A DNA stretch of 64,000 bases from Eledone cirrhosa (taxonomy: Eukaryota), in NCBI GenBank assembly GCA_964016885.1, contig OZ024746.1:100998001-101062000 (forward strand), given 5' to 3'. Within the stretch, counting starts at the first letter, position 1. Every line of letters begins with the position of its first letter. The position numbers and the translations under genes are program-made. Of this stretch, positions 13,105-26,365 are shown piece by piece. The notes beneath the pieces were generated by a model. That model did no database searches, was not told the DNA's origin, and saw nothing but the letters and a program-made list of their open reading frames with translations.

Positions 13105-15665
13105 GACATCATCATCATTTTATGTCTGCATTTCCTTGCTTGCAAAGGTGGGATGGGTCATCTTCAGTATAGCATCTCTGCATTCGTCACGGTCCTTCGA
13201 CATCTCCTGTGAGCTTCAGTGATCTGAGCTCAGTTCTCACCACCTCCGCCCATGTTTTTCGTGGTCTTCAATCCACCAGGATTTCTTGGCACTTCTTCAC
13301 CCAGTGGTCATCCTCCATGCGCATCACATGGCTATACCAACACAGTCTTCTCTCCCACACACTACAGTTCATCCCTCTTATACACAGTTTCACTCTCAAC
13401 TCATCCATGCTTGGTCATTTACACACATTGACATTGCACATCCATCAGAGCATGCTTGCTTTATTTCTCTCCAGCCATCGCATATCCTCCGCAGTTGCTG
13501 CCTATGTCTCACTACCATGCAGCATCACGCATCTCACACAGGCGTCATATAACCGGCCTTTCATTCGTAGGAAGAAACCCTTCGTTGTCAACAGAGGAAG
13601 CAGCTCCTTAAACTTCTTCCATCCTGTCCTTATTCTAGATACTATGGCCTCAGAGCACCCTCCACTCTTGCTAATCTAATCACCTAGGTATCATAAGCTA
13701 TCAACCACCTCTATAGATCCTACCTGCATTTGAAAAATGTGTTTATCACTGCCACTTCTACTATCAAATTTCCCTGTACATCTGCTGCATATGTAGTTTT
13801 CCCTTCCTGTTAGTTTGCCTGCTATTCCACTACACCTCTTGTGTACATTGTATAGAAATTATGCCAACTCCTTTTCTACATATCGAGCATGGCCAGCTCC
13901 TCTACTGATTCTGATATAGGTACCAGATCGTCAGCATAGAGAAGCTCCCATGGGCAGCCAGTCTTAAATTCCTCTGGTATGGCTTGGAGAACTATAATAA
14001 ATAAGAGTGAGCTGAGGACCGAACCCTGATGAACTCCTACTTGTATCTGGAACTCCTCACTAAACTCCATTTCTACCTTCAATTTACTGACAGCTCCTCT
14101 GTACATAGTTTGCAGTCCTCACAAGCCATTCCTCTACACCTAGTTTCCTTAGGGACCACCAGATAACAGATCAGGGTACCCTATCAAAGGCCTTCTCTAG
14201 GTCAACAAAAGATAAATATAGTGGCTTATTCTTCTCTAAGAACCTCTCTTGTAGTTGTCTCACTAAGAGGGCACCTGTTGTACTTTTCCCATGCATCTTA
14301 TCTAATATGACTCTTTCTCTAATTAGTTGGGCTAGCACTCTTTCTGTCACTTTCATAACCTGATCCATCAGTTTAATGCCCCTATAATTCTTCTCAAGAG
14401 CATCCCCTTTACCTTTGTAGCAATTTTCAAGAATACTGCTGCACCAGTCTTTGGGTATGACTCCGCCATATATGCATGTAACTAGTTTAGTTCCCACTTT
14501 GGTGCCTTCAGAAACTCAGCAACTATCCCCAGCAGCCTTACCACTTTTCATTTCCTTAATCGCTTCTTTGACCCTATAGTCAATCTCAATAGCTGCTGGG
14601 TCTGTTGGGGGTAGTTTCTCTCCCTCCCATTCGTTCTCAACATTTATCAATCTTTCATAATGACATTTCCAGGCCCTCCTTTTTCTGAGCATCAGTGACT
14701 AAGTACACCAGCATCATTCCAGACACACTTATCTTGATTTACACTGACAAACTGCTTTGCAATGCAGAACACCGCACGTCTCTGATCTTCTCGTTGCAGA
14801 ACATTGGCAAACCTCCTACTCTCAGCTTCTCTGTGTGCTAAGTACACCTGACGTCTAGCTTCTCTTTTAGTGGCTGTGTATCAGTCTCTACTCCCTCCAT
14901 TTTTCCAATCCTTCCATGCTAGTCTTTTGTCTCTACCATACTGTTCCACCACCAGGTCACTCTCTGTCTAGTCAGAGCTCTGCTCCAGCCATAAGTTTCT
15001 TCAGTAGCCTGCAGTAAGTTGTCACCTAAGAAATTCCAGTTATCATCTATGTCATGATTCTAACTCATCTTCTTTCTCGTCATACACATCTTGAAGGGCT
15101 TTCCTAAATTTATATTTTAGTGAAAGGTCTTTTAGCTTCCAGACCTTTCTTCTCCACACCTTCCTGTGTGTCTCATTCTGTCTCTTGCTTACTGAGATGT
15201 CACTAACAACTAACCTATGCTGTGGGGTACATTCTTCCCCGGGGTATGCCTTAGTATTTAACACCATATGTCTGTCTCATTGTCTAACTAGTAAGAAGTT
15301 AATCTGGCTTATGTGCTTGCCTGATTGGTAGGTTATTAGGCAATTGGTAGGCTTCCTGAAGTTAGTGTTGCAAAGGGTTAGTTCACTTGCATCACAACAT
15401 TCAAGAAGCCTCACTCCTTCTTCGTTACTTGAGCCATAACCATGACCACCATGTACCCCAGTGTATCCATCCTGGAGCTGTCCAGCATGACCATTAAAGT
15501 CACCTGCTAGTATGACTAGGTCTCTGTCCTCTGTCACTGTGGTTGTTTCTAGAAGTTGCTCGTAAAAGCAATCCTTCTCTTCTTTACCTAGGCCTGCCTG
15601 GGTAGAGATGATTATCAACAGTCCTACAACTAATCTAATCTTAATTATTCTATTACTTATTCTAA
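13105..15665 (-). mobile_element. Decayed RTE-clade LINE (APE endonuclease + RT) with (GAT)n tail
   Basis: Fragmented ORFs with AGDFNGH, ECTPQHRLVV, FVDLEKAFDRVP, GVHQGSVLS, LLYADD. Many stops and frameshifts. Confidence 0.9.
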
Positions 15666-15685
15666 CTACCTCTTTTGTAAGGTAT

Positions 15686-15812
15686 AAATAATTGTTTCTA
15701 CCTTTGGCACAAGGCCAGTAAATATACCAGTGTATTACTGGTACTTTATTTTATCGACCCCCATGCTGTAAAGCATGCCGTCCGACCCTCTACCAATACT
15801 GCCAATCCACAA
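15686..15812 (-). mobile_element. SINE family A, internally deleted
   Basis: Tail and head present; the B-box segment is missing. Confidence 0.75.
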
Positions 15813-15839
15813 TGTAACGTATATATAATAAAATGCCTC

Positions 15840-18800
15840 TATTGTAAGGTATATATAACAACAATGTAAGGTGTATATAACAAGGTAAGGTATATATAAC
15901 AACAAGGTAAGGTATATATAACAACGATGTAAGGTATATATAACAACGATGTAAGGTATATATAACAACAAGGTAAGGTATATATAACAACAATGTAAGG
16001 TATATATAACAACAATGTAAGGTATATATATAACAACAAGGTAGGGTATATATAACAAGGTAAGGTATATATAACAACAATGTAAGGTATATATATAACA
16101 AGGTAAGGTATATATAACAACAATGTAAGGTATATATAACAACAAGGTAAGGTATATATATAACAACAAGGTAAGGTATATATAACAATGTAAGGTATAT
16201 ATAACAACAATGTAAGGTATATATAACAACAATGTAAGGTATATATATAACAAGGTAAGGTATATATAACAACAAGGTAAGGTATATATAACAACAAGGT
16301 AAGGTATATATAACAACAATGTAAGGTATATATAACAACAATGTAAGGTATATATAACAAGGTAAGGTATATATAACAAGGTAAGGTATATATAACAACA
16401 ATGTAAGGTATATATAACAACAAGGTAAGGTATATATATAACAATGTAAGGTATATATAACAACAATGTAAGGTATATATATAACAAGGTAAGGTATATA
16501 TAACAAGGTAAGGTATATATATAACAAGGTAAGGTATATATATAACAAGGTAAGGTATATATAACAACAAGGTAAGGTATATATAACAACAATGTAAGGT
16601 ATATATAACAACAATGTAAGGTATATATAACAACAATGTAAGGTATATATAACAACAATGTAAGGTATATATAACAACAAGGTAAGGTATATATATAACA
16701 AGGTAAGGTATATATAACAAGGTAAGGTATATATAACAACAATGTAAGGTATATATAACAACAATGTAAGGTATATATAACAACAAGGTAAGGTATATAT
16801 AACAACAATGTAAGGTATATATAACAACAATGTAAGGTATATATATAACAATGTAAGGTATATATAACAACAATGTAAGGTATATATAACAACAAGGTAA
16901 GGTATATATATAACAAGGTAAGGTATATATAACAACAAGGTATATATAACAACAAGGTAAGGTATATATAACAACAATGTAAGGTATATATAACAAGGTA
17001 AGGTATATATAACAACAATGTAAGGTATATATAACAACAAGGTAAGGTATATATAACAACAATGTAAGGTATATATATAACAAGGTAAGGTATATATAAC
17101 AACAATGTAAGGTATATATAACAACAATGTAAGGTATATATAACAACAAGGTAAGGTATATATAACAACAATGTAAGGTATATATAACAACAATGTAAGG
17201 TATATATAACAACAATGTAAGGTATATATAACAACAATGTAAGGTATATATATAACAATGTAAGGTATATATAACAACAATGTAAGGTATATATAACAAC
17301 AAGGTAAGGTATATATATAACAAGGTAAGGTATATATAACAACAAGGTAAGGTATATATAACAACAATGTAAGGTATATATAACAAGGTAAGGTATATAT
17401 AACAACAATGTAAGGTATATATAACAACAAGGTAAGGTATATATAACAACAATGTAAGGTATATATATAACAAGGTAAGGTATATATAACAACAATGTAA
17501 GGTATATATAACAACAATGTAAGGTATATATAACAACAAGGTAAGGTATATATAACAACAATGTAAGGTATATATAACAACAATGTAAGGTATATATAAC
17601 AACAAGGTAAGGTATATATAACAATGTAAGGTATATATAACAACAATGTAAGGTATATATAACAAGGTAAGGTATATATAACAACAATGTAAGGTATATA
17701 TAACAACAATGTAAGGTATATATAACAACAATGTAAGGTATATATAACAACAATGTAAGGTATATATAACAAGTTAAGGTATATATAACAAGGTAAGCTA
17801 TATATAACAAGGTAAGGTATATATAACAACAAGGTAAGGTATATATAACAACAATGTAAGGTATATATATAACAAGGTAAGGTATATATAACAACAATGT
17901 AAGGTATATATAACAACAATGTAAGGTATATATAACAACAAGGTAAGGTATATATAACAACAATGTAAAGTATATATAACAACAAGGTAAGGTATATATA
18001 ACAACAATGTATATATAACAACAAGGTAAGGTATATATAACAACAAGGTAAGGTATATATAACAACAAGGTAAGGTATATATAACAAGGTAAGGTGTATA
18101 TATAACAACAATGTAAGGTATATATATAACAAGGTAAAGTATATATAACAACAATGTAAGGTTATATATAACAACAAGGTAAGGTATATATAACAACAAT
18201 GTATATATAACAACAAGGTAAGGTATATATATAACAAGGTAAGGTATATATAACAAGGTAAGGTATATATAACAACAAGGTAAGGTATATATAACAACAA
18301 TGTAAGGTATATATAACAACAAGGTAATGTATATATAACAACAATGTAAGGTATATATAACAAGGTAAGGTATATATAACAAGGTAAGGTATATATAACA
18401 ACAATGTAAGGTATATATATAACAAGGTAAGGTATATATAACAACAATGTAAGGTATATATAACAACAAGGTAAGGTATATATAACAACAATGTAAGGTA
18501 TATATAACAACAATGTAAGGTATATATAACAACAATGTAAGGTATATATAACAAGGTAAGGTATATATAACAACAATGTAAGGTATATATAACAACAATG
18601 TAAGGTATATATAACAACAAGGTAAGGTATATATAACAACAATGTAAGGTATATATAACAAGGTAAGGTATATATAACAACAATGTAAGGTATATATAAC
18701 AACAAGATAAGGTATATATAACAACAATGTAAGGTATATATAACAAGGTAAGGTATATATAACAACAAGGTAAGGTATATATAACAACAAGGTAAGGTAT

Positions 18801-19118
18801 ATATAACAACAATGTAAGGTATATATAACAACAAGGTAAGGTATATATAACAACAATGTAAGGTATATATAACAAGGTAAGGTATATATAACAACAAGGT
18901 AAGGTATATAAAACAACAATGTATATATAACAACAAGGTAAGGTATATATAACAACAATGTAAGGTATATATAACAACAATGTATATATAACAACAATGT
19001 AAGGTATATATAACAACAATGTATATATAACAACAATGTAAGGTATATATAACAACAATGTATATATAACAACAATGTAAGGTATATATATAACAACAAT
19101 GTAAGGTATATATAATAA
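15840..19118. repeat. About 3.3-kb minisatellite, 19-24-bp unit GTAAGGTATATATAAC(AAC)AA(T/G)
   Basis: Direct tandem periodicity. Confidence 0.97.
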
Positions 19119-19283
19119 AATATTAGTTGATGACCAGCATTATTCTACTGAAGAGTTGCTTCTTTACATCTTAATAATACTGATCAAAATAATTCAGCAA
19201 TTATATAGGGCATATATGAAAGCATATGTATAACACACATAACTCTCACTATCGATGTTTATATATGTAGACATATACACACA

Positions 19284-20096
19284 TTGGAAAGTACAATAAC
19301 TAGGGTAAGAACGGGATGGAAGAAGTTCAGGGAGCTACTGCCACTGCTAGCTGCAAAAGGCTTTTCCCTCAAAATGAAAGGCAGACTGTATGATGTGTGT
19401 ATACGATCAGGAATGTTACATGGTAGGGAGACCTGGGCGCTGAATGTGGAAGACTTGCGTAGATTAGAAAGAAATGAAGCCCGCATGCTCCGATGGATGT
19501 GTAATAGTAATATACGCGAATGACAAAGCATAAATGAATTGAGAGAGAGACTGAGCATAAGAGGAATCAAATGCTGTGTGCAGGAGAGGAGGTTAAGTTG
19601 GTATGGACATGTGATGCGTATGAAGGATGACAGCTGAGCACTAGAAGTCGATGGAAGCCGTGGAGTGGGGAGACCCAAGACGACCTGGGATGAGGTGATA
19701 AAAGCCGACCTTACCCAATTGCACCTCTCAAAAGCGACGACACAGGACCGTGACCTCTGGCGTCATGCAGTAATACAGGAGACCCGACTTTCCACGGGTA
19801 CAAGCTGAAGCATATAGACAATATGCCCCCACCCCTCCCACTGCAAAAGAGCATCCAGCCCACACTGTAAAGTGGTCGTGGAGGTGTCACAACAAATATC
19901 ACCCAGACCACACTGTAAAGTGGTCGTGGAGGTGTCACAACAAATATCACCCAGCCCACACTGTAAAGTGGACGTGTAGGTGCCACGGCAAAAAAGCACC
20001 CAGCCTACACTGTAAATGAGGTTGGTGTTAGGAAGGGCATCCAGCTGTAGAAATCAAGCCAGAGTCAGTTCCCATATAAGCAAGACAAGGTCAGCC
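19284..20096 (+). mobile_element. RTE LINE 3' fragment with a tandem expansion of about 48 bp in the 3'UTR
   Basis: ESTITRVRTGWKKFRELLPLL...LERNEARMLRW. CCCAGCCCACACTGTAAAGTGGTCGTGGAGGTGTCACAACAAATATCA repeated about 3 times at about 19855-20015. Confidence 0.85.
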
Positions 20097-21392
20097 TGAC
20101 CCCGAGGACGTCATCAACTATCCAATAGAGGTACTAAATTCCTTTGAGCACCCCGGATTACCCCCATACATTTTGAAACTTAAAGTTGGTGCCCCTATAA
20201 TGCTCATTCGAATTGGTTCCGCCGAAACAATGCAATGGCACACGTTTGGTCATTAAGTCCTTAGCTCCCAATCTGATTGAGGCCACGATAATCACAGGGT
20301 GCGGTTGGGGCAAGGTTGTGCTCATACCGAGGATGCATCTTTTCCCATCAGGAGCAGACCTACCTTTCACATTTCGGAGGTCCCACTTCCTGGTCAAGCC
20401 ATGCTTCGCAATGTCAATTAACAAAGCGCAGGGGCAAACACTGTCGCGGGAATACATTTGGGGGAGCCGTGTTTCTCTCATGGTCAGCTTTATGTTGGCT
20501 GCTCGCGTGTCGGCAGCAAGAGTGATCATTTCGCGTTCGTTCCGCAAAGAAAAACAAAAAAACATTGTGTACAAGGAGGTTTTATAGGATTACCTTGATT
20601 CCTAATTTTATAACTTTTTTATTTTTTGCCTTTTCGTGAGTACTTTCTAAGTAGGTTAACCTTCACTGCAGTGCACTGGACACTCCCCACCATCGGCCGT
20701 ACAAAGGCTGATTCTCACGGCGTTAGAAAGCTTCATTGCAACTCCGACCCTACTCAAATATCAGCTGTTGCTCCTCACCAACCCCCGTTTGGTGGGCCTC
20801 GGAGGACCGTGGACAGGTTAGTATTTCATCTCCGTACGACTCTCAAAGGGTCAACAATGCTTTAATGATGGGATTTACATTTTTAGGCGGTTCCATGCAA
20901 TTACTTCACAAACACCTGGCCTCCGCTCAGCTCTATTTCCCTCCCTCCGTCGGCACAGCAGCAGGCTCATCTTCTACGTTCGATGTACATGATGCACCAA
21001 CCATACAATGACCCCTCTTCCTCTTTTTTGGTTGTCATAATTCGACAATGTTTTCAGGCCCCTGTTTGCGGTTCCCTCAATCCACCCCCTCCCCCGTTAA
21101 AACATGTCATGCAGAACAACTCCATCGCAGCTCTGTTGTTCGGCTGGCATCGTCTACGCGCATGTTGCGCAAGTACTGAGAAACAATAAATTTGAACACT
21201 TCTTTGCACAGAGATAATATCAATAGGCGAAACTACAATTGCCACTGCTGGCGCAGCTCCTGCTTCAGCAGTCCAGGTCTGCAATTCATTCAACCAGTGC
21301 CTGGCAGACAAAAAAGTGCTGTCATAAAATGGGTGGTGCAACCTAACTTTGGCAACTTACTGACCCCGAGCAACGCCGGGCTTTAATGCTAG
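20097..21392 (+). mobile_element. Helitron 3' portion (PIF1-type helicase C-terminus and 3' terminus)
   Basis: [59 protein letters not shown]. Subterminal hairpin CCCGAGCAACGCCGGG then CTAG|T at 21389-21393. Confidence 0.85.
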
Positions 21393-22615
21393 TATACACA
21401 TAAGACCACTGGTGTATATATATATATAAGACCACTTGTGTATATACACATAAGACCACTGGTGTATATATATACACATAAGACGACTGGTGTATATATA
21501 TATAAGACCAATGGTATATATATACATAAGACCGCTGGTGTATATATACATAAGACCGCTGGTGTATATATACATAAGACCGCTGGTGTATATATATACA
21601 TAAGACCACTGGTGTATATATACATAAGACCACTGGTGTATATATACATAAGACCACTGGTGTATATATACATATAACACCACTGGTGTATATATACATA
21701 TAACACCACTGGTGTATATACACATAAGACCACTGGTGTATATATATACATAAGACCACTGGTGTATATATACATAAGACCACTGGTGTATATATACACA
21801 TAAGACCACTGGTGTATATATACATATAACACCACTGGTGTATATATACATATAACACCACTGGTGTATATACACATAAGACCACTGGTGTATATATATA
21901 TATAAGACCACTGGTGTATATACACATAAGGCCACTGGTGTATAATATACACATAAGACCACTGGTGTATATACACATAAGACCACTGGTGTATATATAC
22001 ACATAAGACCACTGGTGTATATACACATAAGACCACTGGTTTATATATACACATAAGACCACTGGTGTATATACATAAGACCACTGGTGTATATATGCAC
22101 ATAAGACCACTGGTGTATATATACATAAGACCACTGGTGTATATATACATAAGACCACCTGTATATATACACATAAGACCACTGGTGTATATACACATAA
22201 GACCACTGGTTTATATATACACATAAGACCACTGGTTTATATATACACATAAGACCACTGGTTTATATATACACATAAGACCACTGGTTTATATATACAC
22301 ATAAGACCACTGGTGTATATACACATAAGACCACTGGTGTATATATACATAAGACCACTGGTGTATATATGCACATAAGACCACTGGTGTATATATACAT
22401 AAGACCACCTGTATATATACACATAAGATCACTGGTGTATATATACACATAAGATCACTGGTGTATATATACATAAGACCACTGGTGTATATATACACAA
22501 GACCACTGGTGTATATACACACATAAGACCACTGGTGTATACACACATAAGACAACTGTTGTATATACACATAAGACCACTGGTGTATATATACATAAGA
22601 CCACTGGTGTATACA
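21393..22615. repeat. Minisatellite, about 26-bp unit ACATAAGACCACTGGTGTATATATAC
   Basis: Tandem array with a variable TA spacer, starting immediately after the Helitron CTAG. Confidence 0.95.
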
Positions 22616-22739
22616 CACACACACACATACATGGGCACTGGTTTACTTCTGAGGACACGTCAAGAACTCCATCTTTTAACTTATTTTTATTACCTTATCT
22701 TTTCATATAAACTATTAAGTGAGCAAATGAAAAGGACTG

Positions 22740-23000
22740 CGTAATGATTTAAAGGTGAAACACTGATATAGATGACTTCTGAGAGTTGAAAAGGAGCTGG
22801 AAGCTGCTGACCAGGATCTGATTGCAACAGCTGCCATGGCTCTAATACACTTTTGTATGAAAGGCTCAGAAAATAATAAGAGCCCCAGAAAGTCAATGAG
22901 ACCTATTGCAAAGGAGCTCAAGGTGTCAGAGTGCACCAGGATATACAGTACAAGTGGTATGTAATGTGGAGAGGTTAGTTCTTGTTGAAAGAGACAAAAA
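22740..23000 (+). mobile_element. Decayed Tc1/mariner transposase N-terminal (HTH) fragment
   Basis: SPRKSMRPIAKELKVSECT..QDIQYKWYVMWRG resembles mariner-type KSMRxIARxLxVS..EDLxYKSY. Confidence 0.55.
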
Positions 23001-23454
23001 TATTGACCAGGTCATTATTTTTGTCTAATATAGAAGTCGTCCTCTATTTTCAGTAGAAGTAGCATGTGAGACTAGCATCGACTGCTAGATACCTTATCAA
23101 GTGGTAAATGCTACTACATACAATGAGTAGACCGATGTATTGACATGGGCCACCTGCTGAAGATGGGCATTTTACCTGGTTACGTAACTATCTGCAGATA
23201 ATACTTACATGTCTAAACACTGCAGATTTGATATCTGCATTTGTGAAGTTATGTTGCACAAAAACGAACAGGACATGAGATTTTTACTTTTATCTCTAGC
23301 AAAACACAGCCACCATACCTGCTGTTAACTAAAATGTGTGCACTCTGAGCAGCTGGTTGCAGTTGCATTACTGCAATTTGGCAGATTGAGTGAGCAAGAC
23401 ATTGACTGGGGGCTGTTGACATAGCAACAACGATCTTTCTTAATAATTACATTC

Positions 23455-23850
23455 TAGCTCTATTGACTAGATCTCTCCCTATCAGCTCTATTCACTAGAT
23501 CTCTCCCTATCAGCTCTATTCACTAGATCTCTCCCTATCAGCTCTATTCACTAGATCTCTCCCTATCAGCTCTATTCACTAGATCTCTCCCTATCAGCTC
23601 TATTCACTAGATCTCTCCCTATCAGCTCTATTCACTAGATCTCTCCCTATCAGCTCTATTCACTAGATCTCTCCCTATCAGCTCTATTCACTAGATCTCT
23701 CCCTATCAGCTCTATTCACTAGATCTCTCCCTATCAGCTCTATTCACTAGATCTCTCCCTATCAGCTCTATTCATTAGATCTCTCCCTATCAGCTCTATT
23801 CACTAGATCTCTCCCTATCAGCTCTATTCACTAGATCTCTCCCTATCAGC
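23455..23850. repeat. Minisatellite, 28-bp unit TAGATCTCTCCCTATCAGCTCTATTCAC, about 14 near-perfect copies
   Basis: Direct tandem periodicity. Confidence 0.95.
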
Positions 23851-24050
23851 AAAAAGTCAGCTGTATGATGCCTGTGTGCAATATGCAATTGTAGTGAGAG
23901 CAGAAGACATGCGAAGGCTGGAGAGAAATGAAGTGTGCTTGTGGATGTGTAATATTGATGTGCATATATACACACACACACTAACATATATATATATATC
24001 AGTTCCCGTCCCACCCTTGCAAGCAGGGAAAAGCGGACGTAAAATGATGA

Positions 24051-24094
<44 letters not shown>

Positions 24095-24212
24095 TGAAAT
24101 TCTGTTATAACAAGATCGATCCAACACACGACCGTGACTTCTGGCGTCACGCAGTAATACAGGGTACCCGACCTCCCATGGGTACATGCTGAAGCATATA
24201 AACAATATAAAC

Positions 24213-24392
24213 AAATTGTTTCTACTTTTTGGCACAAGGCCAGCAATTACCCCAGTACATTACTGGTACTTTATTTTATCAACCCTGTAAGGATGAAAGG
24301 CAAAGTTAACCTCGCCGGGATTTGAACTCAGATCATAAAGGGACATAACTATGCTAGAAAGCATGGCGTCTGACCCTCTACCGATACTGCCA
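24213..24392 (-). mobile_element. SINE family A
   Basis: Reverse-complement match to the other copies. Confidence 0.85.
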
Positions 24393-24697
24393 TTTCATAT
24401 ATATTAATAAAGTATAATTATGAGAAGTAATAAGACATTATTTATCACTTGGGTAAAAGAAATTAAATGTTTATAATTTGAATCTTGCACTTTCATCTTT
24501 CGTTATAAGACTCCTAAATGATGAAAGTGCTAAATTCAAATTATAAACAGTTTATTGTATATTTTTTACCCTGTGTCTTATTAATTCTGATAATCATACT
24601 TTATTAAAATAGGATTCTATACATTACCAGATACATTTATATATACACACACTGATATTTAACTAATTTATATACACTGATGTTTAATATATATATA

Positions 24698-25234
24698 CTT
24701 GGCATGGCAATAAAGTCTTTACACTAGTAGGCTGTGTGCCGTATATAGCAGTAAATCTAGTTAATATTAGTTGGAATTTGAACTTTGTTATACGTGTGTG
24801 ATATTCTGTATGGATGCTGTATTTTGTCACAGGTCTATGCATGATTATTTTGTTGTCATTCTTGTGAGTTTATAATACATCGAACTGATCAATCCACAAA
24901 AGATATTTTCCAGAGGAGAAGAGTGACAATGATCAAACAATCACCCTATTGTCCAAAATTTAAATTTGCGTGATCGTTGCGTTCAAGTTATTAAAGCAAC
25001 ATCTTTGAAAATTTGTTTTCGCTTCTTTTGAAGAGGTGGTAGATGAATTGTTGCGCTGGTTGACAATTGCCGAAGGAATGGTTCCAGAAAGAGTTAAATG
25101 CTTTGCAGAAGCACTGTAAATATGTTATTGCATTCAATGGAGATTACCTTTTGCCGAATAAATAAATTTTAGTTTGACTATGATGTGCATTTTCATTTAA
25201 AGGGTTATTCTAAACACTTTATTGTCACACTAAG
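24698..25234 (+). mobile_element. Internally deleted mariner element with TIRs and TA target duplication
   Basis: Left TA|CTTGGCATGGCAATAAAGTCTTTA versus reverse complement of the right end TA|CTTAGTGTGACAATAAAGTGTTTA. Decayed C-terminal transposase (KQSPYCP.., LPKEWFQKELNALQKHCKYVIAFNGDY). Confidence 0.8.
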
Positions 25235-25280
25235 TATATACATACTGATGTTTAACTAATTTATATATATATATATATAT

Positions 25281-25392
25281 ATTGGAATAGAATGAAACGA
25301 AATTTCATTTCTCACTCTTAGTACGGCACTTACTTAAATGTAAGTATGTATGTATACGTACATACATATATGTATACAGACGTACAGTAGCA

Positions 25393-25442
<50 letters not shown>

Positions 25443-26121
25443 TACATACAGGCACACATATATATATGTACATATCAGTTTAGCGGACATTTATTATAAC
25501 GTCCGCTTTGTTCATTTACAAACGAACAAAGCGGACATTATAATAAATGTCCGCTAAACTGATACGTACATATATGTGTGCCTGTATGTATATATGTATA
25601 TATATATATGCATGCTACTGTACGTCTGTATACATATATGTATGTACGTATACATACATACTTACATTTAAGTAAGTGCCGTACTAAGAGTGAGAAATGA
25701 AATTTCGTTTCATTCTATTCCAATTTATCGTTTTCGGTGCGCCTGGCCGACTGAACTCACTCGATATGCAAATTAGGCTGCTCAGCCGTTAATTTTCATA
25801 AGGAAAGTATATACTTTCGAACGTTCAACCATCTGGCAGAAGGGTATACGGTGCTGACAATAGCTAACAAGCTTGAAACTAGTACATCGTTCCTGTGTCA
25901 GTGTTGAACAAAAAGGTGACGTGGTTGCCTTAACACCGTACGGCATAAATCAGGCTGTCCGTTTGTTTACAAACGAACAAAGCGGACGTTATAATAAATG
26001 TCCGCTAAACTGATACGTACATATATATATGTGTGCCTGTATGTATATATGTATATATATATATATATGCATGCTACTGTACGTCTGTATACATATATGT
26101 ATGTACGTATACATACATACC
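25281..26121. repeat. Long fold-back palindrome (25281-25724) plus a third partial copy (25966-26121); Penelope-like terminal-repeat arrangement
   Basis: Arms of about 200-230 bp, near-identical apart from TA-run length, around a loop of about 10 nt at about 25513-25522. Confidence 0.85.
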
Positions 26122-26307
26122 TATATATATATATACATACACACTCATGTTTAACTAATTTATATATATATACTGATGTTTAATATATACATTTATGTTT
26201 AACTAATATATCATATATATATACACTGATGTTTAACTAATTTGAAAATAAAATGTTTCCTAAATGTTAGTGTTGCCTGTAAGTGGAGGACAATAAATTA
26301 TACAAAC

Positions 26308-26365
26308 CATTCCTCGAGGAGTCGGAGAAACGACATGCTGTAAGTGACCAGATTTTAAATCATAT
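26308..26365 (-). CDS. Gene 1, exon 3: (R)YDLKSGHLQHVVSPTPRGM
   Basis: Acceptor tttcttctgtttcag, donor ATG|gtttgt. 58 nt, converting phase 2 to phase 0 exactly as needed between exons 2 and 4. Confidence 0.8.

Noticed and set aside
15735-19099. Long hydrophobic YIP/CCY ORFs in several frames
   Set aside because: Translations of a 19-24-bp satellite, open in multiple frames at once.
23455-23850. TCCCTATCAG in each unit resembles a tetO half-site (synthetic array?)
   Set aside because: Only a half-site with no TGATAG counterpart, no vector sequence nearby, and native repeat flanks.
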